Assembly (NCBI GenBank): GCA_040377305.1 | Contig: JBEIPA010000010.1 | Coordinates: 96,001-160,000, forward strand | Length of the DNA: 64,000 nt | From: Flavobacteriales bacterium | GTDB taxonomy: Bacteria > Bacteroidota > Bacteroidia > Palsa-965 | Reading direction: 5' to 3' | In this document: positions 11,020-20,354 of the stretch, piece after piece | How the letters are laid out: every line of letters begins with the position of its first letter | Position numbering within the stretch: position 1 is the stretch's first letter | Made by a program: the position numbers and the translations under genes | The notes under the pieces: model-generated | The model's input: the letters and a program-made list of their open reading frames with translations, nothing else | What the model was told of the DNA's origin: nothing | Databases searched by the model: none

Positions 11020-11280
11020 TTACTTGATCAGTTTCTTAGCAACTGAATCAGCGTGATTTGCAGCAGCAGTTGAATCAGCAGCCATTTTAGCTGTTGCTTC
11101 AAGAGCAGCGATAGAATCAGCCGCGCGAGTTGAGTCAGCAGCAGCCATAATTTGCAAATTCATAATTGAGTCAGCAGCAGCGATTGAATCCTGCATTTTC
11201 TTTGCAAGGTCTTCAGCGTTTCCGCAGCCAGTAAGAACTGCCATTCCAGCAACGGCAGCTACAGCGAATACTTTTTTCAT
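11020..11280 (-). CDS. Small Ala-rich lipoprotein with six D-S-[I/T/V] sequons
   Basis: MKK signal, lipobox LTGC, repeated ADS. Confidence 0.8.
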   Translation of the reverse strand: MKKVFAVAAVAGMAVLTGCGNAEDLAKKMQDSIAAADSIMNLQIMAAADSTRAADSIAALEATAKMAADSTAAANHADSVAKKLIK

Positions 11281-11382
11281 TTGAGTTGTTGGTCTTTTGG
11301 TTAAAACTTGCGCAAAGATATGTTAAGAAAGCATTGAGCTACATACTTTTCCACTTTTTTTTAACATGATATTGACAAAAGC

Positions 11383-11419
11383 AACAAAGCCCCGAACGTT
11401 AGTTCGAGGCTTTGTTTTT
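11383..11419 (-). terminator. Intrinsic terminator
   Basis: AACAAAGCCCCGAAC-gtta-GTTCGAGGCTTTGTT hairpin after the 11436-11765 gene. Confidence 0.65.
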
Positions 11420-11435
11420 AACCTAAATCCGACGA

Positions 11436-11765
11436 TTATTTCGCGCCAGGACGTGTTCCACCAACTTTCGGTGTTTCAGGGTTTTTAGGAGCCTTAGGCT
11501 TAGTTCCGCCTTTTCCTTTGTTCGCAGCCTCTGTAGAGTCAGCGATACGAGTTGAGTCAGCTACCCACTTAACACGAACTGCTGCCATTGAGTCAGCCAT
11601 ACGAGTTGAGTCAGCCTGAGCTTTTGCTGCCATTTCGATAGCCGCGATAGAATCAGCAGCACGAGTTGAATCAGCGATACGCTTTGCTTCAGCTTCTGCG
11701 TCCGGGCCGCAAGAAACGAGAGCTACCATTGCAGATACTGCAACGAATGAGAAGATTTTTTTCAT
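11436..11765 (-). CDS. Small Ala-rich lipoprotein with six D-S-[T/I/M] sequons and a Lys/Pro tail; paralog of 11020-11280
   Basis: Start MKKIFSF at 11765, lipobox LVSC, repeated ADST. Confidence 0.8.
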   Translation of the reverse strand: MKKIFSFVAVSAMVALVSCGPDAEAEAKRIADSTRAADSIAAIEMAAKAQADSTRMADSMAAVRVKWVADSTRIADSTEAANKGKGGTKPKAPKNPETPKVGGTRPGAK

Positions 11766-11905
11766 TTTGTAATTAGAGTTTTGGTTAACCGGCGGCAAAG
11801 GTATAAGAAATTACCGAACTGCAAAAACTTTTTGATATTGAGTTGCGATAACGTACATTTGCACGGCTTTTGTAACGATAACCCAAAACAACCAAAAACT
11901 ATAAC

Positions 11906-12574
11906 ATGAAAAAACAAATTCTTGCACTCGCATCTATCGCTTTGATTGGTGGAGCTATTTCTTTCACTTCTTGTAAGCAGGACGACATCACAGCTCCTGT
12001 AATCACTGTAACTGGTGGAAATACACAATCTCAGAACCTTCCTAACACTGCAGGAGCTGGTACTTGGACTAACCCAACTGTAACTGCAACTGATGACGAG
12101 GATGGAGATGTTTCTGGTAGCGTAACTGTAACTGGAACTGTTGATCCTAACACAGCTGGTTCTTACACTTTGACTTATACAGTGTCTGATGCTGCTGGTA
12201 ACACTGCAACTGAAACAGTAACAGTAGCAGTCGTTAACTCTGCTGATTTTCTTGAGTCTAATTCTTTCGGTAACTGTCGCGATACTTGTCAGGTTACAGC
12301 TCCTTTCAACTATGATGCTGGCGTAACTGCAAGCAACACAGTAAACGGAAACTTCGTAATCAACAATTTCGGTGGTTTCGGAACTTCAATCAACGTTAAC
12401 GCTGCATTGAGCGGATCTAACATCTCTGTTGGAGCGTCTCAGTCACTTGGTGGTAGCGCTTCAATCGTTGCTTGCAGCGGTGCAGTAACTAGCACTTCAC
12501 CTGCTCAGTTTGGTCTTACTTACACTTGGACTGACGGTTCTTCAAGCGAGGTTTGTATCTCATTGTATCGTTAA
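11906..12574 (+). CDS. DUF5011/Ig-like domain lipoprotein
   Basis: Lipobox FTSC; DITAPVIT...TATDDEDGD...GSYTLTYTVSDAAGN. Confidence 0.8.
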   Translation: MKKQILALASIALIGGAISFTSCKQDDITAPVITVTGGNTQSQNLPNTAGAGTWTNPTVTATDDEDGDVSGSVTVTGTVDPNTAGSYTLTYTVSDAAGNTATETVTVAVVNSADFLESNSFGNCRDTCQVTAPFNYDAGVTASNTVNGNFVINNFGGFGTSINVNAALSGSNISVGASQSLGGSASIVACSGAVTSTSPAQFGLTYTWTDGSSSEVCISLYR

Positions 12575-12591
12575 TTCATAACTGATATATT

Positions 12592-12624
12592 AAAGCCCGC
12601 TCCTGATTCAGGAGCGGGCTTTTT
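12592..12624 (+). terminator. Intrinsic terminator
   Basis: AAAGCCCGCTCCTGA/TCAGGAGCGGGCTTTTT. Confidence 0.8.
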
Positions 12625-12639
12625 CATACTGAAATTTGA

Positions 12640-12975
12640 ATGAAAAAAAAGCATACCCATTCCGGGCTCGTTTATTCTACCAATCGCGACTTCCGTCCCG
12701 ACGAAGAAGAAACCACGCAGAAGTCCATAAGCCCAAACCAGCAGAATCTTAAGGTTTTTCTCGATAGATTGCCTGGCAATAAACTCGTAACGCGCATTAA
12801 CGGTTTCCGTGGTCCTGAATCGGAACTCGATGCTTTGGGCAAGAAACTCAAACAACAATGCGGAACCGGCGGTTCGGTAAAGGAAGGTGAGATTTTATTA
12901 CAGGGCGACAAGCGCGATCAAGTGCTCATGTTGCTTCAAAAGGCAGATTACAAAGCAAAGAAAGCCGGCGGATGA
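12640..12975 (+). CDS. SUI1/eIF1-family translation initiation factor (YciH-like)
   Basis: LVYSTN, KLKQQCGTGGSVKEGEILLQGD. Confidence 0.9.
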   Translation: MKKKHTHSGLVYSTNRDFRPDEEETTQKSISPNQQNLKVFLDRLPGNKLVTRINGFRGPESELDALGKKLKQQCGTGGSVKEGEILLQGDKRDQVLMLLQKADYKAKKAGG

Positions 12976-14039
12976 ACCAATTTACGTCCTTCAATGGAGT
13001 AATTGTTGTTGAGTTGGCTTCCGTATTGGCCGGACCATCAGTAGGTAGCTTCTTCGCGGAAATGGGTGCAACCGTTATCAAAGTTGAAAATCCAAAAACG
13101 CAAGGTGATACCACCCGGAAATGGAAGACTCCAAACGAGGATCCGGATGCACCGGTTTCATCATATTATGCGAGCGCAAACTGGAAAAAGCAGGTCGTTT
13201 ATCTGGACCTGACTCAATCTCGCGACATCGAGAAATTACATGATTACCTGAAGGACGCAACGATTCTTCTGGAGAACTTTAAACCCGGAGACGATATTAA
13301 ATTCGGACTCGACTATCAGTCGCTTAAATCGCTGTATCCCAAATTAATAGTTGGGCACATACAAGGCTTTCCAGACAACGATCGCCCGGCATTCGATGTA
13401 GTGCTTCAGGCAGAATCCGGTTACATTTCCCTGAACGGAAATGGGGGCGAAAATTTCAAATGGCCTCTGCCGATTGTTGACATTCTTGCCGCACATCAGC
13501 TTAAAGAAGGACTATTACTCGCGCTTATTCAGAAGCAGGAAACTCATGAGGGCTGCTTTGTAAGTGTTTCACTTTTTGATGCGGCCATTTCGGCGCTGCA
13601 TAACATCGCTGGAAATGTGCTGATGGGCAATTCCAATCCCACTTCACTAGGCCGATTGCACCCAAACATTGCGCCTTATGGAGAAACCATAACCTCGTCT
13701 GACGGAATAACCCTGGTACTTGCGGTCGGAACTGACAAGCAGTTTACCGAGTTGTGTGTTGTCTTATGTTTATCAATCGATTACCAGAACAAATACTCAA
13801 CAAATACTCAACGTGTTTCAGACCGGACTTCCATGGAGATTGAGCTTCGAAGTAAAGCTTCGGCAATATCTTTTGACGTGTTACAACAAGAGTTGATAGC
13901 TCGTAAAATACCTTTTGGTCGTGTTAAAACGGTGAAGGAAGTATTGGATTCATTACCCGAAGATGCATTTCTTTGCGAGACCATCGAAGGTGTCGATACA
14001 GTGAGAATGAGAACTGGGATTTTCAAAATCGCCCGTTAA
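12972..14039 (+). CDS. CaiB/BaiF family III CoA-transferase
   Basis: VELASVLAGP, GATVIKVE, ENFKPG, FDVVLQAESG, HPNIAPY. Confidence 0.9.
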   Translation: MNQFTSFNGVIVVELASVLAGPSVGSFFAEMGATVIKVENPKTQGDTTRKWKTPNEDPDAPVSSYYASANWKKQVVYLDLTQSRDIEKLHDYLKDATILLENFKPGDDIKFGLDYQSLKSLYPKLIVGHIQGFPDNDRPAFDVVLQAESGYISLNGNGGENFKWPLPIVDILAAHQLKEGLLLALIQKQETHEGCFVSVSLFDAAISALHNIAGNVLMGNSNPTSLGRLHPNIAPYGETITSSDGITLVLAVGTDKQFTELCVVLCLSIDYQNKYSTNTQRVSDRTSMEIELRSKASAISFDVLQQELIARKIPFGRVKTVKEVLDSLPEDAFLCETIEGVDTVRMRTGIFKIAR

Positions 14040-14078
14040 TTCCTACTTTTGTAATAACCTCTGCACCCAATAAAGCTG

Positions 14079-14999
14079 ATGGCAAAAAGGCTTTTACTTA
14101 TATTCTTATTAATTCTGCCTTTAATGGCTTTCTCGCAGCGCAATAAGCGTTACAAGTGGGAAGCATGTGTGGGCTTGGGTGCATCAAACTTTCTGGGCGA
14201 TTTAGGAGGAGCAGATCAGATTGGGACGAACGGATTGAAGGATCTTGAGTTCACACTTACCAAGCCTGGGATTTCCGTAAATGCCCGCTACCGTAAAGGT
14301 CGCTACTGGGCTTACAAAGGTGGTTTCTATTGGGGAACTGTAAGTGGCTACGATTATCTCACCACAGAACGCTACCGACACAATCGCAACCTGCATTTCA
14401 AATCAAATATTTTCGAGTTCTCGGTAATGGGCGAATTTTATTTGACCAAAGAACGACCGGGACACGTTTATCGTTACAAGAAGCTGAAAGGGTGGAAACA
14501 CATAGACATGCAGGTTTACCTCATGGCTGGAATTGGTGGATTCTATTATAATCCTAAAGCTGTTTGGGGAGGAAAGTATATTCCCTTGCAACCACTTGGG
14601 ACAGAAGGACAAGGAATTAAACCCGGCACTAAGAAGTACAGCCGTGTGAGTATTTGTGTGCCTATTGGAATTGGATTTAAGTACGCACTTGATCGTCGCT
14701 GGAGCATTGGACTGGAAATTGGAATGCGCAAAACATTCACAGATTACATTGATGATGTGAGTACTGTTTATTACGATCCAATTGAAATCGGTAACGCGAA
14801 CGGAACCATGGGTGCAGCAGCAGTATACCTTGCAAACCCTACGAACAACGAAGTAAATGCTGCGAACAATGGCGGTGTTAGTCCAACTGCAGTGGGACAG
14901 CAACGCGGAGATGCAAGTGATAATGACTCCTACATGTTCGTACACGTGACCGTGAATTACAAAATCGGGAAGTTCCGTAAGACCAAGTCGAAGTTCTAA
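14079..14999 (+). CDS. Outer-membrane beta-barrel protein (DUF6089/PorG-like)
   Basis: Signal peptide, GASNFLGDLG, RNLHFKS, LQPLGTEGQG, RKTFTDYIDDVS. Confidence 0.75.
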   Translation: MAKRLLLIFLLILPLMAFSQRNKRYKWEACVGLGASNFLGDLGGADQIGTNGLKDLEFTLTKPGISVNARYRKGRYWAYKGGFYWGTVSGYDYLTTERYRHNRNLHFKSNIFEFSVMGEFYLTKERPGHVYRYKKLKGWKHIDMQVYLMAGIGGFYYNPKAVWGGKYIPLQPLGTEGQGIKPGTKKYSRVSICVPIGIGFKYALDRRWSIGLEIGMRKTFTDYIDDVSTVYYDPIEIGNANGTMGAAAVYLANPTNNEVNAANNGGVSPTAVGQQRGDASDNDSYMFVHVTVNYKIGKFRKTKSKF

Positions 15000-15005
15000 G
15001 ACTTG

Positions 15006-15443
15006 ATGTTTACTGTCATACAACCTTCTTCACCACAACAACTCGAAAAGATTTTCGCTTTACGCTTCACCGTTTTACGGGCACCGTGGAATCAGGCCAA
15101 AGGAAGCGAGAGAGATGATGTAGAACATTCCTCGATTCATGCGTTGATTGAAGACCCGGCCGGAAATTGTATAGCAACCGGACGTTTGCAGTTCAACAAT
15201 GAAAACGAAGCTCAGATCCGCTTCATGGCCGTAGATGAAAATTATCGCGGAAAAAAGTTAGGGAAACTGATCCTGGAATTTCTCGAGAAGAAGGCGGTGG
15301 AAAATAATCGCTGGAAGATGATCCTTCAAGCCAGACAGAATGCTGTCGATTTCTACGTTGCGAATGGATATGGTATTGAAGAAAAAACGTTCCTACTCTT
15401 CGACTCTATCCAGCATTACCGAATGAGTAAAAAGCTGAAGTAA
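15006..15443 (+). CDS. GNAT N-acetyltransferase (YiiD/ElaA-like)
   Basis: LRFTVLRAPW, QIRFMAVDENYRGKKLG, AVDFY..NGY. Confidence 0.85.
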   Translation: MFTVIQPSSPQQLEKIFALRFTVLRAPWNQAKGSERDDVEHSSIHALIEDPAGNCIATGRLQFNNENEAQIRFMAVDENYRGKKLGKLILEFLEKKAVENNRWKMILQARQNAVDFYVANGYGIEEKTFLLFDSIQHYRMSKKLK

Positions 15444-16043
15444 CTATTCGTCTTCCTTTTTCCAGCTTTCTTCTTTCTGACTACGCTTACTCAGCTTCGC
15501 TTCCACTTCCACAAATTCCCCAATCACTTCAATCAGCTTACTGCGTTCGGATTTCTCCAGTTGAAATCCCAAACTGATTTCCCGCTCTTCGTAATTGAAC
15601 CGGATTGAATCACAATCGGTATTCCAAAAATCGCCGCCAATATTTCTGAGCCAGTTTGGACTTTCGGTATCTGAACTGCGAAGCTTCTTAATCTTGTTGA
15701 TCTGGTAATCCTGTACCCATCCTCTGCCCTTCACATCCTTCTTATATTTCAATACTCCGTCAGCTATCTTAACTACTTCGTGGCCAAACTGTTTCCAGCG
15801 ATACAAACGAAACAGGACGTAGAAGAAATACAACCAGAACGCGAGCCAGATTAACACGATGATTTTAGTTTTATCGAGCTCTATCTCGGAGAAATTCCAG
15901 ATCATGAACAAGCCGCCAACAACCCACAACAAAAGAATCGCAAGCACAGTCCTGCTCTTCTTTCGGTCTACGACTGAAGAAATCACAATGCTGGTTCCTG
16001 CATCGCTTTGCACCACTGAAATACGATCGCTAAGGATTTCCAT
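15444..16043 (-). CDS. Hypothetical membrane protein (2 TM)
   Basis: 199-aa ORF overlapping the ndh stop; two hydrophobic segments. Confidence 0.65.
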   Translation of the reverse strand: MEILSDRISVVQSDAGTSIVISSVVDRKKSRTVLAILLLWVVGGLFMIWNFSEIELDKTKIIVLIWLAFWLYFFYVLFRLYRWKQFGHEVVKIADGVLKYKKDVKGRGWVQDYQINKIKKLRSSDTESPNWLRNIGGDFWNTDCDSIRFNYEEREISLGFQLEKSERSKLIEVIGEFVEVEAKLSKRSQKEESWKKEDE

Positions 16044-17316
16044 TGATATTCTTTCTGAATGGACGAATGATTAACCGCATGCCGCGATCATAATTGATAT
16101 AGCTCACTATCCAGTTGAACAAAACGACAACACGGTTTCGGAATCCAACTAATGCCATGAGGTGAACGAACATCCACGCCAGCCATGCAATCAGTCCGCT
16201 ACCTTTAATCCACGATGCTTCCATGATCGCACGATTTCTTCCGATCGTTGCCATCGAACCTTTATCCCTGTACCGGAAATTCTTTTGCTGACCGGACTTC
16301 AGGCTGCGCACCAGATTTTTTCCGATTACACTTCCCTGCTGAATTGCCACTTGCGCCACTTGCGGATGTCCTTTCGGATATTCCGGATCACCTTCCATTT
16401 GTGAAGCATCGCCGGCGACAAAAATATTTTCGTAACCGTTCACTTTACAGGTTCGGTCGGTGAGTATTCTGCCCGCTGGCGTAATCACCTGAGGATTCAA
16501 ACCATTAACAGGAACTCCTTTGACACCTGCAGCCCAGATCAATGTCTTTGCATACAAAGTTCGGCCGGCGTTTGTCGTGATTTTAAATCCGTCGTAATCT
16601 GTAACCCGCGTGTTCACCCAGACATCAACGCCCATTTCCTTCAGGTACTCCAAAGCTTTACGCGATGATGTTTCACTGAACGAAGAAAGTACACGCGGAC
16701 TACCATCAATCAGGTGAATCTGCATGCGCTCAAAATCCAGTTCCGGATAATCATTCGGCAATACATGCTTCTTTAACTCAGCCAGTGCGCCTGCAAGTTC
16801 AACACCCGTTGGTCCGGCTCCGGCGATTACGTAATCGAGCAAAGCTTCTTTCTCCGGACCTTCATCGGTTGTAAGTGCTTGTTCGAAGTTCTGGAGAATG
16901 TAGCTGCGCATATCCAACGCTTCACGCACTGATTTCATCTGCAATGTGAGCGCGCGCAGTTTCTCATTTCCGAAAAATGAAGTGTCTGTTCCGGTTGCCA
17001 GTACGAGATAATCGTAATGCAGTTCGCCGATCGTGGTTGTGATTTTGTTCTCTTCAGGATGAAGGTTTGTTACTTCCGCCATCCGGAAATAAAAGTCTTC
17101 GAATCCTTTGAATATTTTACGCAGCGGAAAAACAATAGAATCTGCTTCAATTCCTGCCGTAGCAACCTGATAAAGCAAAGGCTGAAACGTGTGAAAGTTG
17201 TTCTTGTCGATAAGTACGATCTGGAACTTATCGCTGAGCTGCCGAACAATTTCTATTCCGGCAAATCCGCCACCAATGACAACTACACGTTTCTTATTTG
17301 ACTTTGGAACATCCAC
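16030..17316 (-). CDS. ndh: Type II NADH dehydrogenase
   Basis: VIGGGFAG, FQPLLYQVATA, GAGPTGVELAG, AQVAIQQG, YRDKGSMATIGR. Confidence 0.9.
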   Translation of the reverse strand: MDVPKSNKKRVVVIGGGFAGIEIVRQLSDKFQIVLIDKNNFHTFQPLLYQVATAGIEADSIVFPLRKIFKGFEDFYFRMAEVTNLHPEENKITTTIGELHYDYLVLATGTDTSFFGNEKLRALTLQMKSVREALDMRSYILQNFEQALTTDEGPEKEALLDYVIAGAGPTGVELAGALAELKKHVLPNDYPELDFERMQIHLIDGSPRVLSSFSETSSRKALEYLKEMGVDVWVNTRVTDYDGFKITTNAGRTLYAKTLIWAAGVKGVPVNGLNPQVITPAGRILTDRTCKVNGYENIFVAGDASQMEGDPEYPKGHPQVAQVAIQQGSVIGKNLVRSLKSGQQKNFRYRDKGSMATIGRNRAIMEASWIKGSGLIAWLAWMFVHLMALVGFRNRVVVLFNWIVSYINYDRGMRLIIRPFRKNINGNP

Positions 17317-17750
17317 TATAAATTCGATTGAAGCGTGTAAATCAATGCATGCAAAGCAAGACGATAGCTATTCAAACCGAATCCACCTATCGTGCCAACT
17401 GCCTTGGGCGCTACATACGACACATGACGAAACTCTTCGCGTGCCATAACATTCGAGATGTGAACTTCGATTACCGGCGTTTTGATACCCGCTACCGCAT
17501 CGCCAATTGCAACCGATGTGTGCGTGTAACCTCCGGGATTGAAGATGATACCGTCGTGTGTGAATCCCACTTCATGCAGCTTGTCGATGAGTTCTCCTTC
17601 AATGTTGCTTTGGAAATATTCCAGCCCCATTGTGGGATACTCCGCCTGAAGCTGCGCGAAATAATCTTCGAAGCTTTCCGTTCCATATACTTCAGGCTCC
17701 CGCTTTCCGAGAAGGTTGAGATTGGGTCCGTTGAGAATGAGAATTTTCAC
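17316..17750 (-). CDS. aroQ: Type II 3-dehydroquinate dehydratase
   Basis: NGPNLNLLGKREPEVYG, NPGGYTHTS, EVHISN; likely GTG start at 17750. Confidence 0.95.
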   Translation of the reverse strand: MKILILNGPNLNLLGKREPEVYGTESFEDYFAQLQAEYPTMGLEYFQSNIEGELIDKLHEVGFTHDGIIFNPGGYTHTSVAIGDAVAGIKTPVIEVHISNVMAREEFRHVSYVAPKAVGTIGGFGLNSYRLALHALIYTLQSNL

Positions 17751-17833
17751 GGTGTAAAGGTACAGAATTAGGGATTGAGGAATGAGGTATGTGGAATGAG
17801 GGAAATGGAACATTGGATTCGTAAATTCACCGT

Positions 17834-18742
17834 GTGAGTTGGAAAGCAGACATAGCGGGATTCAAGAACTACCTGCGACTCGAAAAATCTCTTTCGGGTA
17901 ATAGCGTGGAGGCTTATCTGCACGATGTGGAGAAACTATGTCAATATTTAGAGTTCAATAAGATTACAACTTCATCAACCGAACTTAAAGTTTCGGAGAT
18001 ACGTGGTTTTCTGAACTGGATCGGTGAACTCGGAATGACAGCTACTTCGCAGGCGAGAATTCTTTCTGGACTTCGCGCATTCTACAAGTACTTGTTGCAT
18101 GAAAACATGATCAACAACGATCCAACAGAGTTGATCGATGCACCGAAGATCGGACGGCAATTACCTGACACGCTTGACGTAGAGGAAGTAGATCGTTTGC
18201 TAAATGCAGTTGACCGCAGCACACCTGAAGGCGAACGTAATCGCGCGATGCTGGAAGTACTTTATGGGTGCGGATTGCGTGTTTCAGAATTGGTTGAGTT
18301 GCGCATATCCCGCATTCACGCGTCTGAATCGTTCATCAGTGTTGTGGGAAAAGGCAACAAGGAACGATTGATTCCGATTGGAAAAACTGCGTTGAATCAC
18401 ATCGAGTTGTATCGCAATTCAATTCGGGTTCATGCTGAAGCGCAGAAAGGTGAAGAGGATATTCTGTTTCTCAACAATCGTGGAAGAAGATTATCGCGGG
18501 TGATGGTTTTTATGATCATCAAGCAACTCGCAGTGCTGGCGCAAATCAAGAAATCGATTTCTCCGCACACGTTTCGTCATTCATTCGCCACTCACCTTGT
18601 TGAAGGCGGAGCGGATTTACGGGCAGTGCAGGAAATGTTAGGCCATGCTTCGATCACGACTACGGAGATTTATACGCATGTTGATCGGAGGTTTTTGAAG
18701 GAGCAGGTGTTGATGTATCATCCGAGGAGTTCTAAGTCCTAA
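17834..18742 (+). CDS. xerD: Chromosomal tyrosine recombinase XerD
   Basis: LYGCGLRVSEL, GKGNKERLIP, HTFRHSFATHL, MLGHASITTTEIYTH; divergent from aroQ. Confidence 0.9.
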   Translation: MSWKADIAGFKNYLRLEKSLSGNSVEAYLHDVEKLCQYLEFNKITTSSTELKVSEIRGFLNWIGELGMTATSQARILSGLRAFYKYLLHENMINNDPTELIDAPKIGRQLPDTLDVEEVDRLLNAVDRSTPEGERNRAMLEVLYGCGLRVSELVELRISRIHASESFISVVGKGNKERLIPIGKTALNHIELYRNSIRVHAEAQKGEEDILFLNNRGRRLSRVMVFMIIKQLAVLAQIKKSISPHTFRHSFATHLVEGGADLRAVQEMLGHASITTTEIYTHVDRRFLKEQVLMYHPRSSKS

Positions 18743-18765
18743 GTTCCAGATTTCTATTAAGTGCC

Positions 18766-19233
18766 ATGTGGAGAATTGGTTTTCTGGCGTCATACTCAAA
18801 ACGATGCTGGATGATTCGCTATTGTACTATATTTTTCCTGCTGATTTTCAATGGCGTAAGCAACGCTGTGTCTTGCCGACTCGTTGACACATCCGAAGCT
18901 TGTGACACGATTATCATCTCAATTGATCAGAAATTAATCCGAACCGTTTCAATTCCCGCGAGCGGGCAATATGATTCGACTACAACTGAGGTAAGAGTGA
19001 TTGTTCAGATCAAGAACGAATGCAACATCCGCATTCAAGTCTGGTACAATTCTCTGTATTATGAATTGACTTTACCTTCGGATTTGCGCGCCTACGGACG
19101 TGTAATTCACTTGAGCATATATACGTCAAAGGTCAAGAAGAGCACACCATCTGTATGCAGTTACGGTGCGCAGGCCGGGCAGCTTGGAGTTTGCGGATAT
19201 GGAATCGTCATGAAATGCGAGCCCAATGAATAA
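18766..19233 (+). CDS. Hypothetical, possibly secreted protein (start may be 18811)
   Basis: ORF fills the xerD-yhhQ gap; signal-like segment after M16; no recognised family. Confidence 0.45.
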   Translation: MWRIGFLASYSKRCWMIRYCTIFFLLIFNGVSNAVSCRLVDTSEACDTIIISIDQKLIRTVSIPASGQYDSTTTEVRVIVQIKNECNIRIQVWYNSLYYELTLPSDLRAYGRVIHLSIYTSKVKKSTPSVCSYGAQAGQLGVCGYGIVMKCEPNE

Positions 19234-19938
19234 CTACTCCGAAACCTTTTCCGCCGCTTCCTCCAGCAAATGCGCCTTCTCATCTCCCAGATATTTCTCC
19301 ACGATCCAGTGGAAGAGATAAATGAGCGGAGTCAATCCAATTGCGATCATTAGTTTGAAAATGTAATTGGTTGCGCCGGTGCTCATCCATTGCGATATCG
19401 TGAAGATTCCGGGAACAACGAATCCGATGAACAAGACAATGAACGTATCGATGAGCTGAGAGATGACCGTTGATCCGGTAGCGCGCAACCAAATGTACTT
19501 CCCTCCAGTTCTCTTCTTGAAATACCAGAATACGAATGAGTCAACGAGTTGTCCGACGAAGAACGCGGTGATACTACCTGCGATAATCCACATCGATTGC
19601 CCGAAGACCGCGTTGAATTGTTCGTCGTTCACAACACCCGGAACAACAAACGCCTTGGGTTGCATGGCGAGGTAGACGATCAGAAATGTGATGGCGATCA
19701 TTACGGATGTGATGACCGAAACCATTCTCAGAATTTTTCTCCCGTAATATTCGTTGATGATGTCGGTTGTAAGAAATACAATCGGCCAAGGCAGAATACC
19801 GACTATAGAAACGTAAGTTCCCATGCTACCGAGATCAATCTGGAACAACTTGGAACTGATCAACTCCGCCGTCACCGCGCAGGTAATGAACACTGCGATG
19901 AGCACTATGAGCAGACGTGTAGGTTTGTTGAGTTTCAT
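19234..19938 (-). CDS. yhhQ: Queuosine precursor transporter (Vut_1/YhhQ)
   Basis: FLTTDIINEYYG, GSITAFFVGQLVD, WLRATGSTVISQLIDT; ATG 19938 preferred over TTG 19977, which lies inside repeat copy 1. Confidence 0.88.
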   Translation of the reverse strand: MKLNKPTRLLIVLIAVFITCAVTAELISSKLFQIDLGSMGTYVSIVGILPWPIVFLTTDIINEYYGRKILRMVSVITSVMIAITFLIVYLAMQPKAFVVPGVVNDEQFNAVFGQSMWIIAGSITAFFVGQLVDSFVFWYFKKRTGGKYIWLRATGSTVISQLIDTFIVLFIGFVVPGIFTISQWMSTGATNYIFKLMIAIGLTPLIYLFHWIVEKYLGDEKAHLLEEAAEKVSE

Positions 19939-19964
19939 CTGAAGTAAATATAAGCACAGATAAT

Positions 19965-20277
19965 CTTGAGGTGCCAAATTGGTACTTCAAGTTGCTGTTG
20001 GGCAGTGCTTTTCCAGTGAAATCTTGAGGTGCCAAATTGGTACCTCAAGTTGTTGTTGGGCAGTGATTTTCCAGTGAAATCTTGAGGTGCCAACTTGGTA
20101 CCTCAAGTTGCATTTTGGTGGTGTTTTACCACTGAAATCTTGAGGTGCCAATTTGGTACCTCAAGTCGCAGGTTGCGGTGTTGTACCATGAAATCTTGAG
20201 GTGCCAATTTGGTACCTCAAGTCGCAGGTTGCGGTGTTGTAACATGAAATCTTGAGGTGCCAATTTGGTACCTCAAG
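19965..20277. repeat. Array of six 27-bp palindromes CTTGAGGTGCCAA[A/C/T]TTGGTACCTCAAG separated by 29-31 bp related spacers
   Basis: Copies start at 19965 (one C>T), 20023, 20081, 20139, 20195, 20251; periods 58,58,58,56,56. Confidence 0.97.
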
Positions 20278-20304
20278 TTGACACAGGATTTAATCAATAC
20301 TTTA

Positions 20305-20312
20305 TATATTTG
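20305..20312 (+). promoter_or_regulatory. Bacteroidota sigma-A -7 element for the ORF6N gene
   Basis: TATATTTG 27 bp after the last repeat and 42 bp before ATG 20355. Confidence 0.65.
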
Positions 20313-20354
20313 CACATATAATTCACTATTTATCCATCTATATACCAATTTAAT

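Noticed and set aside
17834-18742. XerD as the integrase or invertase of the ORF6N repeat module, with the repeats as dif-like sites
   Set aside because: It looks like housekeeping XerD next to aroQ. The palindrome has a 1-bp centre rather than a 6-8 bp crossover spacer and does not resemble dif arms. Action in trans is not formally excluded.
19939-19964. preQ1 riboswitch upstream of yhhQ
   Set aside because: The leader is very short and I see no preQ1 consensus stem or A-rich tail.
19965-20277. CRISPR array
   Set aside because: Repeat and spacer sizes look CRISPR-like, but the spacers are duplicates or relatives of each other, there are no cas genes in the window, and the repeat recurs inside and after the adjacent CDS.
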